A stretch of DNA of 64,000 nucleotides from the human T2T-CHM13v2.0 reference genome, Homo sapiens: the NCBI RefSeq assembly GCF_009914755.1, contig NC_060935.1; one strand, 5' to 3'. How positions within the stretch are numbered: position 1 is the first letter of the stretch; the number at the start of each line of letters is the position of its first letter. Below the pieces are notes generated by a model. It saw only the letters and a program-made list of their open reading frames with translations, did no database searches and had not been told where the DNA came from. Below are positions 13,301 through 28,600 of the stretch, piece after piece. A program made the translations under genes and the position numbers.

Positions 13301-14707
13301 CATAATAAAAGCAAACTCAGATTTTAGTTAATTATCACTACCTCTGTCAAACCCTAAAAATAGCTGACCAAATGTAAAGAGGCTAGAGAAACAAGTACTT
13401 AAAAACTAATGTTTATTGATTCATAGAAAAATCCTCTACTTTGTAATCTAGTTGAGTCAGGTACAAGTGTTTCAGTAAGCAAGGGTTTATTGCCTATTCA
13501 TTATATGCTGGGCATAGTTTGCTGATGCTGAGGAACAGAAAAGAAGGAGATATGTGTAGCAGGCATTTGTTATTTTTGCCTACATTTTTTACTTTTCCTC
13601 ATTTTTTGTAAACAACTCTCTGTCTCAGTATTTGTGGTCAGATGAGCTGAGATTTTAACACAAAGCCTAAACTGTACTAAGTCGATTACAAGAAAAAATG
13701 GATTAGAAATGGATGAGCCAACACAGACCCATTTTCACCACTGGACAGACAATTCAAACACAAGCCTGATCAGTCTGACCTCTGTGTGTGTTCTCAGTCA
13801 AATAAAAAATAGGGCAAACTAATGGCCTGGAGGGTTTATGATGGGGTCTCAAAAATGCTAGCTCAAATAAAGGACTCTTTGAAATAATTCTATTTCCAAG
13901 CCAAATATAAATTTACCTGCCTTAGGAACAAAGCAATAAAACCCATTTAAAGTACTTAAGATGGCCCTCTGGCTTTGAAAATGTGGCTTTGGTGACCTCA
14001 TCTCCTCTTAGGCTGAAGTTTAATATCCCTCTTCTCTGAAGTAAGACCAGGATAGCTGATGGTTCTTAATGGGTCCCTGCATCTGCCACAAATGAGCTTT
14101 CTGCATTGGATTGGTTTCCTCGGTACAGTCCTTACTTATATGTAGCACTGTGAGAAAAGAACACTGAGGGAGAGATGATTTTGGAAGTATTTAGGAACAC
14201 TGTGGGATGTATTTATATATTTCTGTTAATCCAAAGAGTATATTAGTTTAACATAAACAACCACATCACTCACAGCAGAACCATAGCAAATAGGACACTT
14301 AGTGTGTTAATTACTAAACTCTTAATCTCCTTATTTTACCTGTAATGTTTTCTTTCAGAAAATGTTTTCATGTCTAATGCAGTTTCACTATTGCAGAGAC
14401 TAGGAGGAATACCAAGTCAATTTTTGCTGAACTATAAGCATACCAGCTATTTTACAAAGCTCATGACAGAAGCTTAAAATATTTTTACTCCCAAAAAGGC
14501 ATAGAATTTTATCATTTTAGCTGCAGGCAGAATAGCAAGAATCTAGCTTTTGACATACGAATTGTTGCAAAGAAAAATGAACATTTTCTATCTTTATTTC
14601 TTTGGATCTGTCTTGTTTCAACAGTAGTTAAACTGAAAGGGCCGACTACCTAGGCATTTATTCAGTATTCATTCTTGAGTTTGAGGGATATAGAATAAAT
14701 AAGACAC

Positions 14708-14945
14708 ATAGTGGATACATGACTTTGTGCATTTGTCAAAACCCAAAACACTGTATAACACGAAGAATGAACTCTAATGTAAACCATGGACTTTAGTTAA
14801 AAATAATATATCAATATTGGTTCATAGTTGTGACACATGTTAATAAAACGAGAAACGATGAGGTGGGGGTGGTGGATGGAGTATATAGGAACTCTGTAAC
14901 TTATGCTCAGTTTTTCTGTAAACCTAGAAGTGTTCTCAAAAATGA
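14708..14945 (+). mobile_element. L1MC1/2-type 3' end fragment
   Basis: gtggatacatgactttgtgcatttgtcaaaaccc...aatgaactctaatgtaaaccatggacttt...ctcagtttttctgtaaacct. Confidence 0.85.
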
Positions 14946-15085
14946 GGGATAGTATTAGGGGAATGAAAAAAAGGCACAGTCTCATTAGGTTTGCAAACAT
15001 GTAACAGTTTTAAACTTATCTAATCACTAACTCTTTTGTAAACAAAGATGTTGCCCAACAATGTATAGGAAATCTCCTAATTGTC

Positions 15086-15387
<302 letters not shown>

Positions 15388-15570
15388 CTAATTGTCTTTT
15401 TAGGAGTATAAATCACTTTTTGATACTGACTAAAACAAACTATGTTTAAAAACATTTATTACATTTATAAGATAACTGAAAATTTGAGCACTAATGGATA
15501 GTTGATGATATTAAGGAATTCTATTTCTTTAGGTATTTAAAGATATGGTGCATATTTTATTTCTATTGAC

Positions 15571-16254
15571 TTTATTTTTTCAATTGTGGTAAAATCCATA
15601 ACATAAAATTTACCATTTTAACCATTTTAAGTATAAAATTCAGTAGTATTACGTATATTCACATTGTTGTACAATCTTCAGAACTGTTTTCATTTTGCAA
15701 AACTGAAACCCTATACTCGTTAAACAGCTCCCCATTCTTCCCTCCCCCAGGCCCCTGACAACTTTCTTTTTCTATGAATTTGAATTTGACTGTCCTAAGT
15801 ACCCCATGTTAGTGGACTCATACAGCATTTGTCTTTTTGTAGCTAGCTTATTTCTGTTAGCATAATGTCCTCAAGGTTTATCCATGTTGTATGTGTCGGA
15901 ATTTCCTTCCTTTTAAAGATTGACTAGTATTCCATTGTGTGTGTGCATACCACATTTTTTTTTATCCATTCATCTGTCCATAGACACTTGGGTTGCTTCT
16001 ACATTTTGATTATTGTGAATAATGCTGCTGTGAACATGGGTGAAATCTCTTTGAGTCTCTGCTTCTAATTCTTTTGGGCATATACCCAGAGTGGAGTTTC
16101 TGGATCATATGGTAATTTTATTGAGGAATTACCATATTTTTTTCTATAGCAGCTGTGCCATTTTACATTCCTATCTGCAGTGCACGTAACAGTTGTCACA
16201 TGCCATTTTCTTTTTTTTTTTTAATATTAGCCATCCTAATGAATGTGAGGTGGT
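15571..16254 (-). mobile_element. L1MB 3' fragment
   Basis: aattgtggtaaaatccataacataaaatttaccattttaacc...tggatcatatggtaatt...gccatcctaatgaatgtgaggtgg. Confidence 0.9.
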
Positions 16255-16930
16255 CTAATCCCATTTTTGGAGGACCTACTGATTGAAAGATCCTGAGCTA
16301 AGCTGTACTGGGCTCTGAGAGTATTTTCCTTATAGTCAGTTGGCTGGTCAATAATTATCCATGGCATCAACTAATAATCAAGTGCCCCCTATATCTTCTA
16401 CCTTCTAGAAGGGTAACTAACATAAATCTAAGAGTCTGCAGCACTGACCTTGTTGCAAAATATAGTACTCTGTTTCACAAGACTTCACATGAAAGGAGTC
16501 CCAAGATTATGAGCAGATACTATTTAAAATGTATTTGCTAATCTCTTATCGGAATGCATGCCAATATAACATATGATTCCATTGCCTGGCTAGGCCAGGA
16601 AAGTCTATTGAAACAAAAAATTATAATGAGGTATGGCAAATTTTTGTTATAAAGCGTTATTTCAGTCACATATGTTCCCACTTCTTGTTTGGGGTGCCAG
16701 AAACACAGTATCTCTACTCTACACTGCACACATGCTTGCAACAAAACATGAGAAGCAAGGACCCCTTCTCCCTGACCCTCCTTTTTCCCATCTGTAAACA
16801 GGGACATGTGTCATGGTGGGAGGTGTGGCACCAGAACCAGAGTCAGGACTTAAGGGGCTGCAGGTGAGAGTGCAAGACCTTGTGATATCCATCCTGTAAC
16901 GTACACTGCTGCATAAGAGAATAATTTGAT

Positions 16931-17221
16931 GGCTGGGCAGTGGTGCATGCCTGTAATCCCAGTACTTTGGGAGGCCGAGGCCGGCAGATCACCCAAGGTC
17001 AGGAGTTCGAGAGCAGCCTGGGCAACATGGAGAAACCCTGTCTCTACTAAAATTACAAAAATTATCTGGACATGCTGGTGGGCTCCTGTAATCCCAGCTA
17101 CTCAGGAGGCTAAGGCAGGAGAATCACTGAACCCAGGAGGTGGATGTTGCAGTGAGCCAAGATTGCACCACTGCATACCACCCTGAGTGACAGAGTGAGA
17201 CTGCATCTCAAAACAAAAACA
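16931..17221 (+). mobile_element. AluS, full length
   Basis: ggctgggcagtggtg...catctcaaaacaaaaac; degenerate TSD aagagaataatttgat / aagagaagaacttgat. Confidence 0.97.
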
Positions 17222-17309
17222 AAGAGAAGAACTTGATGTAGGCTCCTTTGTTCCACAGTCTTCTGAACCATGAAACAAAGGCCATTTTTCATTCCAGTGT
17301 ATGACCTTA

Positions 17310-17458
17310 GTCATTCATTTATTTATTCAATCAGCCTGCTAGACTTTTATTGAACACATCTTTTCAGTACCTAGTATGTGTCAAGCACTGTGCTGGATAC
17401 AGGGGATACAATGGTGAAAAGCACAATTTAGTCTCTGAACTCATGACACTTAGGGTCT
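17310..17458 (-). mobile_element. L2 3' end
   Basis: tcattcatttatttattca...tatgtgtcaagcactgtgctggatacaggggataca. Confidence 0.8.
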
Positions 17459-17764
17459 GTTGGTATTTATTAATTATTCGTAACTCGGAGGCCTTTAGTC
17501 AAAAGACTGCCTATATGTTTTGCAGTAGTACCGTTGTAAAATCCAGCACCCACCCCCATTTCCTACCCTTGATATTTGCTGCCAAAATCCACAATATGTT
17601 TCAGAATGCTTTCTATTTTAGTAGTACATCTAAATGGGCATGAGGTAGATTGCTTACGGGAGAAAAAAATGTATAGTATGGTTAGCTTAAAATAAAGTAT
17701 TAGAAAAATTGTACCTATTAAGGTGCTCATTCATATATATGAATACATATAGACTCATGAATAA

Positions 17765-17765
<1 letters not shown>

Positions 17766-17794
<29 letters not shown>
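17766..17794. repeat. (TG)14 microsatellite
   Basis: Perfect dinucleotide run, read directly. Confidence 0.98.
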
Positions 17795-17796
<2 letters not shown>

Positions 17797-20029
17797 CCTT
17801 TGGAGCTAGGAATAAGAATAATCATGATGCCCATGTGTACTCCACACAAACCATGTGCATGCCTTATTTTTCACTACCTCCTTTTCCTTTGTAAGATGAA
17901 AGCTTCTGTTTGGCAGGGATAATGGGATTTCAGATTGATGTGAGCCTCTCAGCTGAATCTGACTTCAACACCACATGAGTTCAGGAGAGGATGATGGAGG
18001 CAGAGTCTCTTGTGAAGCAAGTATGGAGGAGGAGTCCACATCCCCATCAAGGCTTCTCAGAGAGTCCTCCCCTCCCCAGCCTGTGTGTCCTCTTGGCTTC
18101 ACCTTAGATTGCATTTCTGAGAAGGCTGGAATCTGTTGAATTGAGCACAGGGATGTGGGCAACGGAACAAAAAGTGTTTTATTTATTTCCTGACAGGCTT
18201 TTAACAGGCTGTGGTTATAATGGGAGAGAAATGTATTCTGTCCACAACACAAATTGCTTTTCTTCCCGAACATTACGGTAGTACTTCCTGGCCCAGGATT
18301 TCCCCACTTGTTGAATTTGGTCTTTCTTTGATTGGTCTATGAACTAAGAAAGAAAAGAACAAGACCTTTGTAACTCACATAATGAAGTAATAATTAAGTC
18401 CTTTATAAAGGCAAGCTTATTCCCACATCTTATTCCAAGGTACAGGACATGCTTTCTCATTAGGAAATATTTTAAGTATTCATTGGTAGTGTATCAGGCA
18501 TTAGACAGAATAAATAAATATGACCTCATTTATATGGAGTTTCACCTTCACAACTGACACCTGATAGGCATGTTCTCCAGTGCCATTCATGTTTTGCGGG
18601 AATAGTGTTGGTCAGGTGCCTGAGACTAACTCTCCCAACCTTCTGTCGTGCTGTCATGCTTGGGATCCGGGTTCCTGGGACAGAAAGGGTAATTGACACC
18701 TTTTCTTGACTAACCTGGAACAAGAGAGTACATTGGGCAATGTTTGTGAGTATGGCTCGTACAAGTTTGGAGGGGATTGGAGTGACAGAGAGCTAGTTGG
18801 ATCAAGAAAGTTTATGAAAGTGATGTTTCCAAGGTCATCCTTATCAATAAATAACTCACTCAGGACAACCACTTTTTTGGTTAAGAAATACACTACATTT
18901 TTGCATATGTTTTCCTTTTAAGAATTCTTGGGGCGAGCCTACTCGTGTTGGGTAGGCACCCCATTTTTGAGGGCTTCACCATTGCGTTATCTGTAGACTC
19001 TGACTACCCAGTCCCACTTTCTGAAGAACCCTGACATCAGCTCCAGAATTTCTATATAGGATGAGTTCAGAGAAGCAGTCTGATTAGAAGGGACTCCAGG
19101 GAGCTGTCTTGAAGCCACATTTGTAGAGTCAACACAATTTTATGTTCTGATGGTTGGTACATTCAAGGACACTCCTGGGGCTGATGGAGGTTATGGGTGC
19201 TGTACTCTGGTGAAGGTCTCTTTCAGATCAAGTGGCCTGCAGATACAGTGCTCCAGGCCACCACCATTCTCCCTTTGATGACAGAGAGAACTATCTCTCT
19301 GTTGACCATCTCATGCACAGACAATGCAAGAGAGTAAACCATGGGTACAGTGAGAATGAGCATTTTTCTCCATTCTGTTGAAGCAGATAGCAGGCTCATT
19401 GTTATCCAATTATAAGAACAACAAACCTCCTTCATACTGGCTGTGTTTATTAAAAAAGTTTTGACTAAATAATCTCTGTCAGGCTTCAATTTTGGCAGAC
19501 ACCGTCTATCATAGTACCACCAAGTGCTGGTTTCCTGCTTCTCTCAGTAAGGCCAATGGAATTCTGGTGAGCTTAAATGCAGTTACTGTGTAGCTCTCTC
19601 ATAGTGGGTCCACCCAGTGTTACTAAGAGTTTGTGAATTTCTTTTCTACTTGAATGACCAGCATTCCTGTGGATTTTGTTCTCTTTCCTTTCTAGTTTAA
19701 CTCTTCTTTTCTTCTCTGTACCTATCTCTTATTTCATCCCTTTCATCATCTCCACAGACCCCACCCTCAATATCCTTTCTCCATATCCCTGTCTCATTGT
19801 ATTCTCCTTCATGTACTAATGGCTTGCACACTGTATTAATGAATTAGCCCAATTGTTGAAAATGTGTCTGATGTCACAAATAACTGAGTCATTTATAGGT
19901 CATATTCTGGTTGGAAACAACTCTAGGGGAATTTTCTTATGACTGTATTAGCTGTAGCTTAACTGATATCCTTGACATAATTATCTGTCACATCTTTTCA
20001 AAGTAAATGAGTACTCCTACCTTGTTTTT

Positions 20030-20240
20030 TGGCCAACATTTTTTGTGTACCTTACAAGTGACAGGCATTTTCTAATTCTCATAGCAACCCATAGGACATC
20101 ATTATTCTTGATTCATAGCTGAGGAAATGGAAAATCAGAGTTTAGATCTTTTGCCCAGATTCAGAGAACCAATGAACGGACAGTCACGATGTAAACTTCA
20201 GGCTCTGTGGCTCCAGCCAAGCTCTACCATGTGCATTATT
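20030..20240 (-). mobile_element. MIR
   Basis: taattctcatagcaaccc...gctgaggaaatggaaaatcagag...caggctctgtggctccag. Confidence 0.7.
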
Positions 20241-20944
20241 CAGGCCCCTTCATGGCTGGGGAGCTCTTGGCTCTTGGAGCCTTAGACCATTTCTCAGGCA
20301 GCTCTTCTTTGGCTGCTTGTGTGGAGAGCAGCAGTAAGAGGTTTGCCATATTCCTTGCCTCCCTGGGAGGGTGCAGAAAATGTTGACCACAGGTACATTC
20401 TGAAAAATGTAGGCTTTTCTCTGGAACTGGCTTCTATTACATATTATTAATAACAGTATACAAAATGAAATGACCCAGGGATGCATGACTAGTCTCGAGT
20501 TTATAACTAAGTTCAACATCCAGACTGATATGAATCAAAATTAGAAAAGCCTTTGGGAAAATTTTGAAATAGCAGAGTAGAAAAATGCATCAGTAATCCA
20601 TGGGAATACAAAAGTTCTCATTCATTTAAAAGATCTGTATTTCATTTTAAGTTTCTTAAGAGAACAGTCTCTGCAGGATATCTTTTTCTTTGAAGCTTAT
20701 GGTTGGAGAATAATTTTGAAATCCATATTGAAGATTCTGATGGGGATTGGGGAATGATCAAACATGAACTTGTGGTATACAATGTTGCTGGCTTTTTCTT
20801 TTTTAAAATGGTTTTCTTAGGTATGAGAAGAACATGATTTTGTCTGTACCAGGTGGGTGTTCACCCAGAAGTCATGTGCATAATCAGACACATAGTACTT
20901 AACTTTGTATATCACATAAAAGCATAAAAGTTTCCACAGGATTT

Positions 20945-21279
20945 TAAAAATTTATTTTCATGTATATAAATATATATGTATACATATATATATATATATT
21001 TTTTTTTTTTTTGAGACAAAGTCTCACTCTGTCACTCAGGCTGGAGTACAGTGTCACAATCTCAGCTTATTTCAGCCTTGTATCCTGGGCTCAAGCAATC
21101 TTCCTGCCTCAGTCTCCCAATTAGCTGGGACTATAGGTGCATGCCACCATGCCCAGCTAATTAACAAATTTTTTTAGAGATGAGGTCTCACTATGTTGCC
21201 CGGGCTGATCCCGAATTCCTGGTCCCACCTTGGCCTCTCAAAGTGTTTGGATTACAGGTATGAGCCTTCATGCCCAGCT
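20945..21279 (-). mobile_element. AluJ with a (TA)n-derived tail
   Basis: AluJ diagnostics (ctgggctcaagcaatc, tctcactatgttgccc); tail contains (TA)n at 20961-20998; flanks tccacaggatttt / tccacagagtttt. Confidence 0.93.
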
Positions 21280-21294
21280 TCCACAGAGTTTTGA

Positions 21295-21450
21295 AGGTAT
21301 CATTTGAGCCTCACAGAATTTTATGAGTGAGAGAGTATGGATGCATTTATCCTCATTTTATAAATGTGAATACCAAGGCTCAGAAAGGTTATGTAACTTG
21401 TAAGATATTCAGCTAGAAAGTGGCAGGAACAATGGAAGCCTGATCTTTAG
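21295..21450 (-). mobile_element. MIR
   Basis: cctcattttataaatgtgaataccaaggctcagaaaggttatgtaacttg. Confidence 0.8.
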
Positions 21451-21467
21451 AGGCTTTAGAGGATTAT

Positions 21468-21712
21468 ACACAGTGTAATTGGCAAGTTGGACTTTGGAGT
21501 TAGTCTGTAGTTGAGGCCTGGCTCTTTTATTTACTAACTGGATATCATTGGTCAGGTAGAAGCTTTCTGTCCCTCAGTTTCTCCTATGTGATGATGACAA
21601 TGATAATGATTAAGACCTGCTATAACTGTTCTTAAGATTAAGTGAGGTAGTGGCCAAAAGTGCTCAGCACAGATCCTAGTGCAAAAATAAATACTCAATG
21701 AATGTCAGCTCC
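21468..21712 (+). mobile_element. MIR, near full length
   Basis: ggactttggagttag...ttactaactg...cctcagtttctcc...aagattaagtgag...gtgctcagcacag...actcaatgaatgtcagct. Confidence 0.85.
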
Positions 21713-21908
21713 TCTCATAATCGTTTTGACTCCCAGCTTGTGCCCTTTGCTCCATGCTACCCTGCTCTGCTGGTCATAGAAGAAGCTTCTGAGAATACAG
21801 CCTGTCTGGACTGCATCAGATCTGGGGATAAGAACAGCTCTCTGCTATTTCTCAGCCTCTCTAATGAGTGTTACTATTCAGGGGAGTACACTTCTTGCTC
21901 AAGGGAAT

Positions 21909-22297
21909 TGTATTAGTCCATTTCATGCTGCTGATAAAGACATACCCAAGACTGAGTAATTTATGAAGAAAGAGGTTTAATTGACTCACAGTTTTGCATG
22001 GCTGGGGAGGCCTCAGGAAACTTACAATCATTGTGGAAGGAAGCAAACACGTCCTTCTTCACATGGTGGCAGCAAGGAGAAGTACAGAATGAAGTGGGGG
22101 GTGGGGGAACCCCTTATAAAACCACCAGATCTTGGGAGAACTATCATGAGAACAACATGGAGGTAACTGCCCTCATGATTCAATGACCTCCTACTAGGTT
22201 CCTCCCACGACATGAGAGGATTATGGGAACTACAGTTCAAGACGACATTTAGGCAGAGACACAGCCAAACCATATCAGACACAGCCAAGCCATATCA
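21909..22297 (-). mobile_element. THE1D-like MaLR solo LTR with a duplicated terminal 20 bp
   Basis: tgtattagtcc...gacacagccaaaccatatca followed by a second gacacagccaagccatatca; TSD-like ggaat/gaaat. Confidence 0.93.
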
Positions 22298-23329
22298 GAA
22301 ATTGTCTCACATCCTAGGAAGAAAGATGAGTGGGAGGATCAGACATTCCAAGCACCAACCCCCATCATTATCCCAGCCAAATATCCAATCAAACTGTTGT
22401 TTGTAACATGAATTAATGATTGCAGAGATTAAAGTTCACATTCTAGACTGGTTTCCTAAGAAAATAGTTTCATCAGTAAAAATTATATCTTAATTATACA
22501 GCCAGAATATCTTATTTACTTGACCTCACCAGAGAGGAGGTACTCCATACATAGGGGAGTTGTCTAGACAACCAAAATGTACACCTTTTAGGAGCTTAGA
22601 CTTCAAAGTACTTCTTTTGATTATAAGCTTATAATACTCCCTATGCCTTTTAAAACTGATCACAATTAAATTGAAAGGTTTAGTGATGACTGCAGGTTAT
22701 CATATAAAAGATCTATGATCACACAGTGCTGTAATGAAGTGTCTTTTGTGACACTTTAGGCACAGTTGAGGGAGATAGGTTGTTGGCTGTCACCATTAAA
22801 TGCTCTCTATATGTCTATACATGCTCTCTTTGCATCCCCTCTATGATCTGTGCCTTTTGATTTCTTGTATCTGTTTTTTTCTTTGTATAGCTGTCCTCTT
22901 TATCTCTTATTCTTAGTTATCACTTACTGTAGTCAGAACCTGCTTCTGGCACTCCCATGCAATCCACTGTTGTGAATGGAGAAGCTGTAAAATCATAGTT
23001 GCTAAAATTATGCCTTAAAAAAGTGTATAGAGACCCCTAGTGAGGCCCAGTCAGCCTTTCCTCTGAGTTAAGTGCATAAACTTCTAATTACTCCTGATTT
23101 ACAGCTACATTTGAGATGGTTGCTGCCCTCAAGGAAGTTAAAAATCAGTTGGGGAGAGAAGACTTACGTTTCTACAAATGAAAAAGGACAAGTATGTTTA
23201 TAATAAAGTGCTTAGTCCTGATAGTAAGTGCAATAGGAATTTAGATTAAGTGAAGTCATTAGAGAAGCTTCATAGAATAAGAGCAACTTACACTAGAACT
23301 CAAAGAAATGCTTAGAATTGTACATTAAC

Positions 23330-24370
<1,041 letters not shown>

Positions 24371-24841
24371 CAAAGCATACACTACAAGGCATGCGTGTGG
24401 TAGGGAGGTAGTCTGACTAGGAGGAGGGGATTGATGAAGGACATAAAGTTGGAGGTAGAGGCATAAATGTGTGGAATTTTAGAATGGAACCTATTATATA
24501 CAGAATAAGCTTTGTAGCTCAGAGGTCTACTTCTCCGTTTGTCCTTCTGCACCAGAGTTTAGGGTTGAAATAAACATCATTCGTTCCAAGGCTTGATTCC
24601 CTCTGAAAGTTCACATTAAAAAAAATAGCAGTGCAGCCAGGTCCTGATTTCAAAATGGCTAGTACTTAACATTTACTGCCGTGTGCCTTTTGTGTATTTG
24701 GGGCTTTGGAAGACTGATGTTCCAGCCAGGTGTTTAGAACATACTTGAATCTGCCTCTCCCTCCGTAAGAGGAAGGTGACATTTATTGATTTTACATTGT
24801 GGGCACGGCATAGTCCTAACTACTTACGTGTATTACCTTAA

Positions 24842-25354
<513 letters not shown>

Positions 25355-27376
25355 TGATGCCATGTTCCTGAAAGAATCTTTAGGGATACAAATGTGGCTG
25401 AAGCATGCAGCAGGTCACAGAGGCACTGATGATCCACCTACTCAGTGCTTCCTGAAAGGACTTACCCTTCTGCCTGTTTGCTTTGTTGTTAAACAGCTAC
25501 TGTAATCCACTCCAGCCTGAAAGTGGCTGCTTCATTGATATCTAGATAGTAGATGTGTATTACGTATTAGGTTTATTCCAAGAAGAATAAAGTAGGGCAA
25601 GCTTTTTGTGTCCTGTGAACAAAGAATTTGGTGGAATCAGGATTGGTAAATTTTTATTTCATGTATTTGTTAGGCCTACCAGATATCAGCCAAAAACTAA
25701 AGTAGTCATCCTCACAGCTTCTACATGCTTCTCAACAAAGATTTAATAGCCTCATGCATATGGAAGGTTCATATTGCAAAGACTTCATTACTTTCAGTAT
25801 GCATACTGTGAGATAGGGTGATAAATCATTTAACCCAAACTTTACTAATCAGAATAAATGTACAGAAGTCATGTGGTGATGGCTTATGTTTTCTCAGTAA
25901 TTCCTGAAGTTTGGTAAGCTTCACTGGGCTTCCAAGTCATTAGAGAGAATTACAGAATTTCTTCAACTCTCTGCCACTGCCCCCTCTACACTGTGGCTGC
26001 TATTCCTGTCATGTGTTGCCCTAAGAAAAGCATTTCTAGGGGCGTGCAATTTCATAGTAACTTCTGCTTCTTTTGGAGAAACTAGATTGTATATGAATAA
26101 GGCCAAAAGCCTTAACTCACCAAAGCATAGATGAGGGAAGAATAATGAATTGTGTTCATCTGTAATTCTCAAGATTAATTGCTTGATTATTTCAATAAAA
26201 GATTTTTGCTTTTAATTAAAGCCCTATGAAACAAAATTATGCCTTGATTTCAGCAAGGTACTGGAATTTCACAAGTTCCACATGTCTCACAATTTCGATT
26301 TTGAAATTTAGATTTCATTTCAATCATTAGATATTTGGTTTTATGTCTTTGTCTTCTGTCAGAGCCCTCACTTGGGTGTGCTTCTGACCCATTTAATTCT
26401 TTATGCTTCCATGTCTTGCTTCATCTTTGGATGGTCACAACACTTAATATCAGGCTTTGTATAGAGTAGGTGTCTATTACATGTTCGTGAAATTGAAAAG
26501 CTGTAAACAGTCCACCAGATTGCTCTTAAGTAACTAGCATTGGAAATATAGTACCAAAAACCAAAAAGAACAACAACTTGTGCTTTTAAAATACGTTCTT
26601 CTTCTCTGACTTTTAGCCATTCCAGGATCTCTGTTTTCACTGGGACTGGAGTCTTATGTTCTGGATCCTGAAAACAAACTGGGATACATATTTTATCTTT
26701 CCCTTCATGCTCAGTCCAAAATACCCTACCAACTACTTATATTCAAAATGCTGTAATGTGCACCATAATTTTCCTGTGAAGCGGGCACCAACACAGCTTT
26801 CATTTGCACTGAAATGGATGTCACATGCATATTCTTGAGGTCCTCCTCAACATTTGGATGTGTTCAAGGGTTCTGTTTTCTTTTGTGAGTGCCCATCAGC
26901 TATGCTAATTAGTTTTCTGTATTACCAAACAGGAGGGAACTTCTTGAAAGTTTACCCATAGTAATACTGCTGAGCAGATAGCAAAATATGCAAAAGGTGC
27001 TTTGTAAAAGGTAGATACTAATATATATGGACCAGTTTGCTGAGTAGAGATTATTTTCTTCTTTTTAATTATGACTTTGTACTCAGGGAATATGGAATAA
27101 CCTTATAAACTTAATTATATTTAATTAGTCCTTACTTCCTTCTACGTCTACAGTAGTAGGCTGTGAATTGTGAAGAAATAAATGACACAAGGATTATCTT
27201 TTCTGCAGGTGATTAGTTGATAATCCTCCCTGGGTAGTCTCCAGTCTCACAGATTATCCCCTAGGCCAACTCATGCTATCCTGCATGACCACATTACTCT
27301 TCCAAATACAGAATTTCCTTCCCTTAAACTAGATATGGGTATTTTGGCACTCACTGCTTTTAGTAATTGACCCTAA

Positions 27377-27468
27377 TGTCTATACACATCCTGCGTCACC
27401 TTACTCTGTCTATACTCATCCTGTATCACTTTGCCCTGTATATACCCATCCTGTATCACTTTGCCCTG
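27377..27468. repeat. 30-bp minisatellite, 3 copies
   Basis: tgtctatacacatcctgcgtcaccttactc / tgtctatactcatcctgtatcactttgccc / tgtatatacccatcctgtatcactttgccc. Confidence 0.93.
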
Positions 27469-27589
27469 CTCCCAACAGCAGCTTTGGCTTCCAAGAGGGC
27501 TGGTCTTTGCTCCTCTGAGCCCCTTCCTGGCATGGCACAGCTACATCTCAGCCAAACCAAGGAAGGAGTGATATTTAGTAATGACTGGA

Positions 27590-27800
27590 GAAAAGAATTC
27601 AAGATCAGGCAGGTCTGGGTTCATCTGTGGGCTCTGCTAGGCATTAGCTAAGTGCCCATGAACAAATTATTTAACCATTTTGAGTTATGTTTCCTCATCT
27701 GTAAATATAATGCCTTCTGCGTGATGCTTATGAAGATAAAAACAAGATATGTACAGGAAGCATTAGGCAGTGCCTGGCCTAGGACAGGTGCTGTTCTCAG
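27590..27800 (+). mobile_element. MIR
   Basis: caggtctgggttc...tttcctcatctgtaaa...ggaagcattaggcagtgcctggc. Confidence 0.8.
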
Positions 27801-28394
27801 TGTATAAATCTAAAACAGATTTGTGTCCTGATGAAGCCTTCCCCAGTAACTGCACCATCATTACTGTGTCCCTCCTCCTGCACTTAGAATCTCAGTCACA
27901 GACTTCCTACCAGGCAGGAGCATGGATTTCATCTTCTTTTGAATTCCTACACACTACCTACTCTGACAGACAAGAAGGACTTGACAAATCCTTATTGTCT
28001 CTTGTGCAAGTGTCAAACGCAACCTTCCCTCTTATCATTGAGGCTATAAATGGGCAGCACATGTGTCAGAGGAGGCCATGATGGAGCCTCACCCTGGATG
28101 ACGATCCTTCTGTCACTTCCAGGTGGGCTGCAGTGTGATGGGGCCAATGGGCATTTATCCCACAGGCACCCACTCTAACTCAGCCATGAACATAGAAGAA
28201 CAGTGATTTGCAAGACAGACATGACCTCTGCCCTAGGATAAGTAATTATTTGGTGGGGAAAAGGTCCTTATATAAGCATACACATTAGTATATAATGGGG
28301 AAAACAAGGGGCTTCCATAAGAAAGAGTTAAGGAGAGAGAGGACTAATATGGTTTAGAAATTCAGGGAAATTTCCTCTGAGAGGGACAAATGGA

Positions 28395-28600
28395 ATAATA
28401 ATAGTTAAAATCACTTACAGATTACTTTGTGTACTCTTACAGATATCACAAAATTAAACCTCAAGATAATGCAATAAAATAGCTATGTTTTTTTTTTTTT
28501 TTTTTTTTTTTACAAATGAGATTTGGGGAGAGTAATTCTTCCCCAAGTCAATCCCTATTTATTGGCAGAGACTGGTCTGCTGCCAAAAATGTTCCCAGTC
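28395..28600 (-). mobile_element. MIR with an expanded poly-T (28488-28511)
   Basis: T24 run followed by acaaatgag...gagagtaattcttccccaagtca. Confidence 0.6.

Noticed and set aside
27377-27468. CRISPR-like 30-bp periodicity
   Set aside because: Contiguous tandem units with no unique spacers, in eukaryotic DNA with no cas genes.
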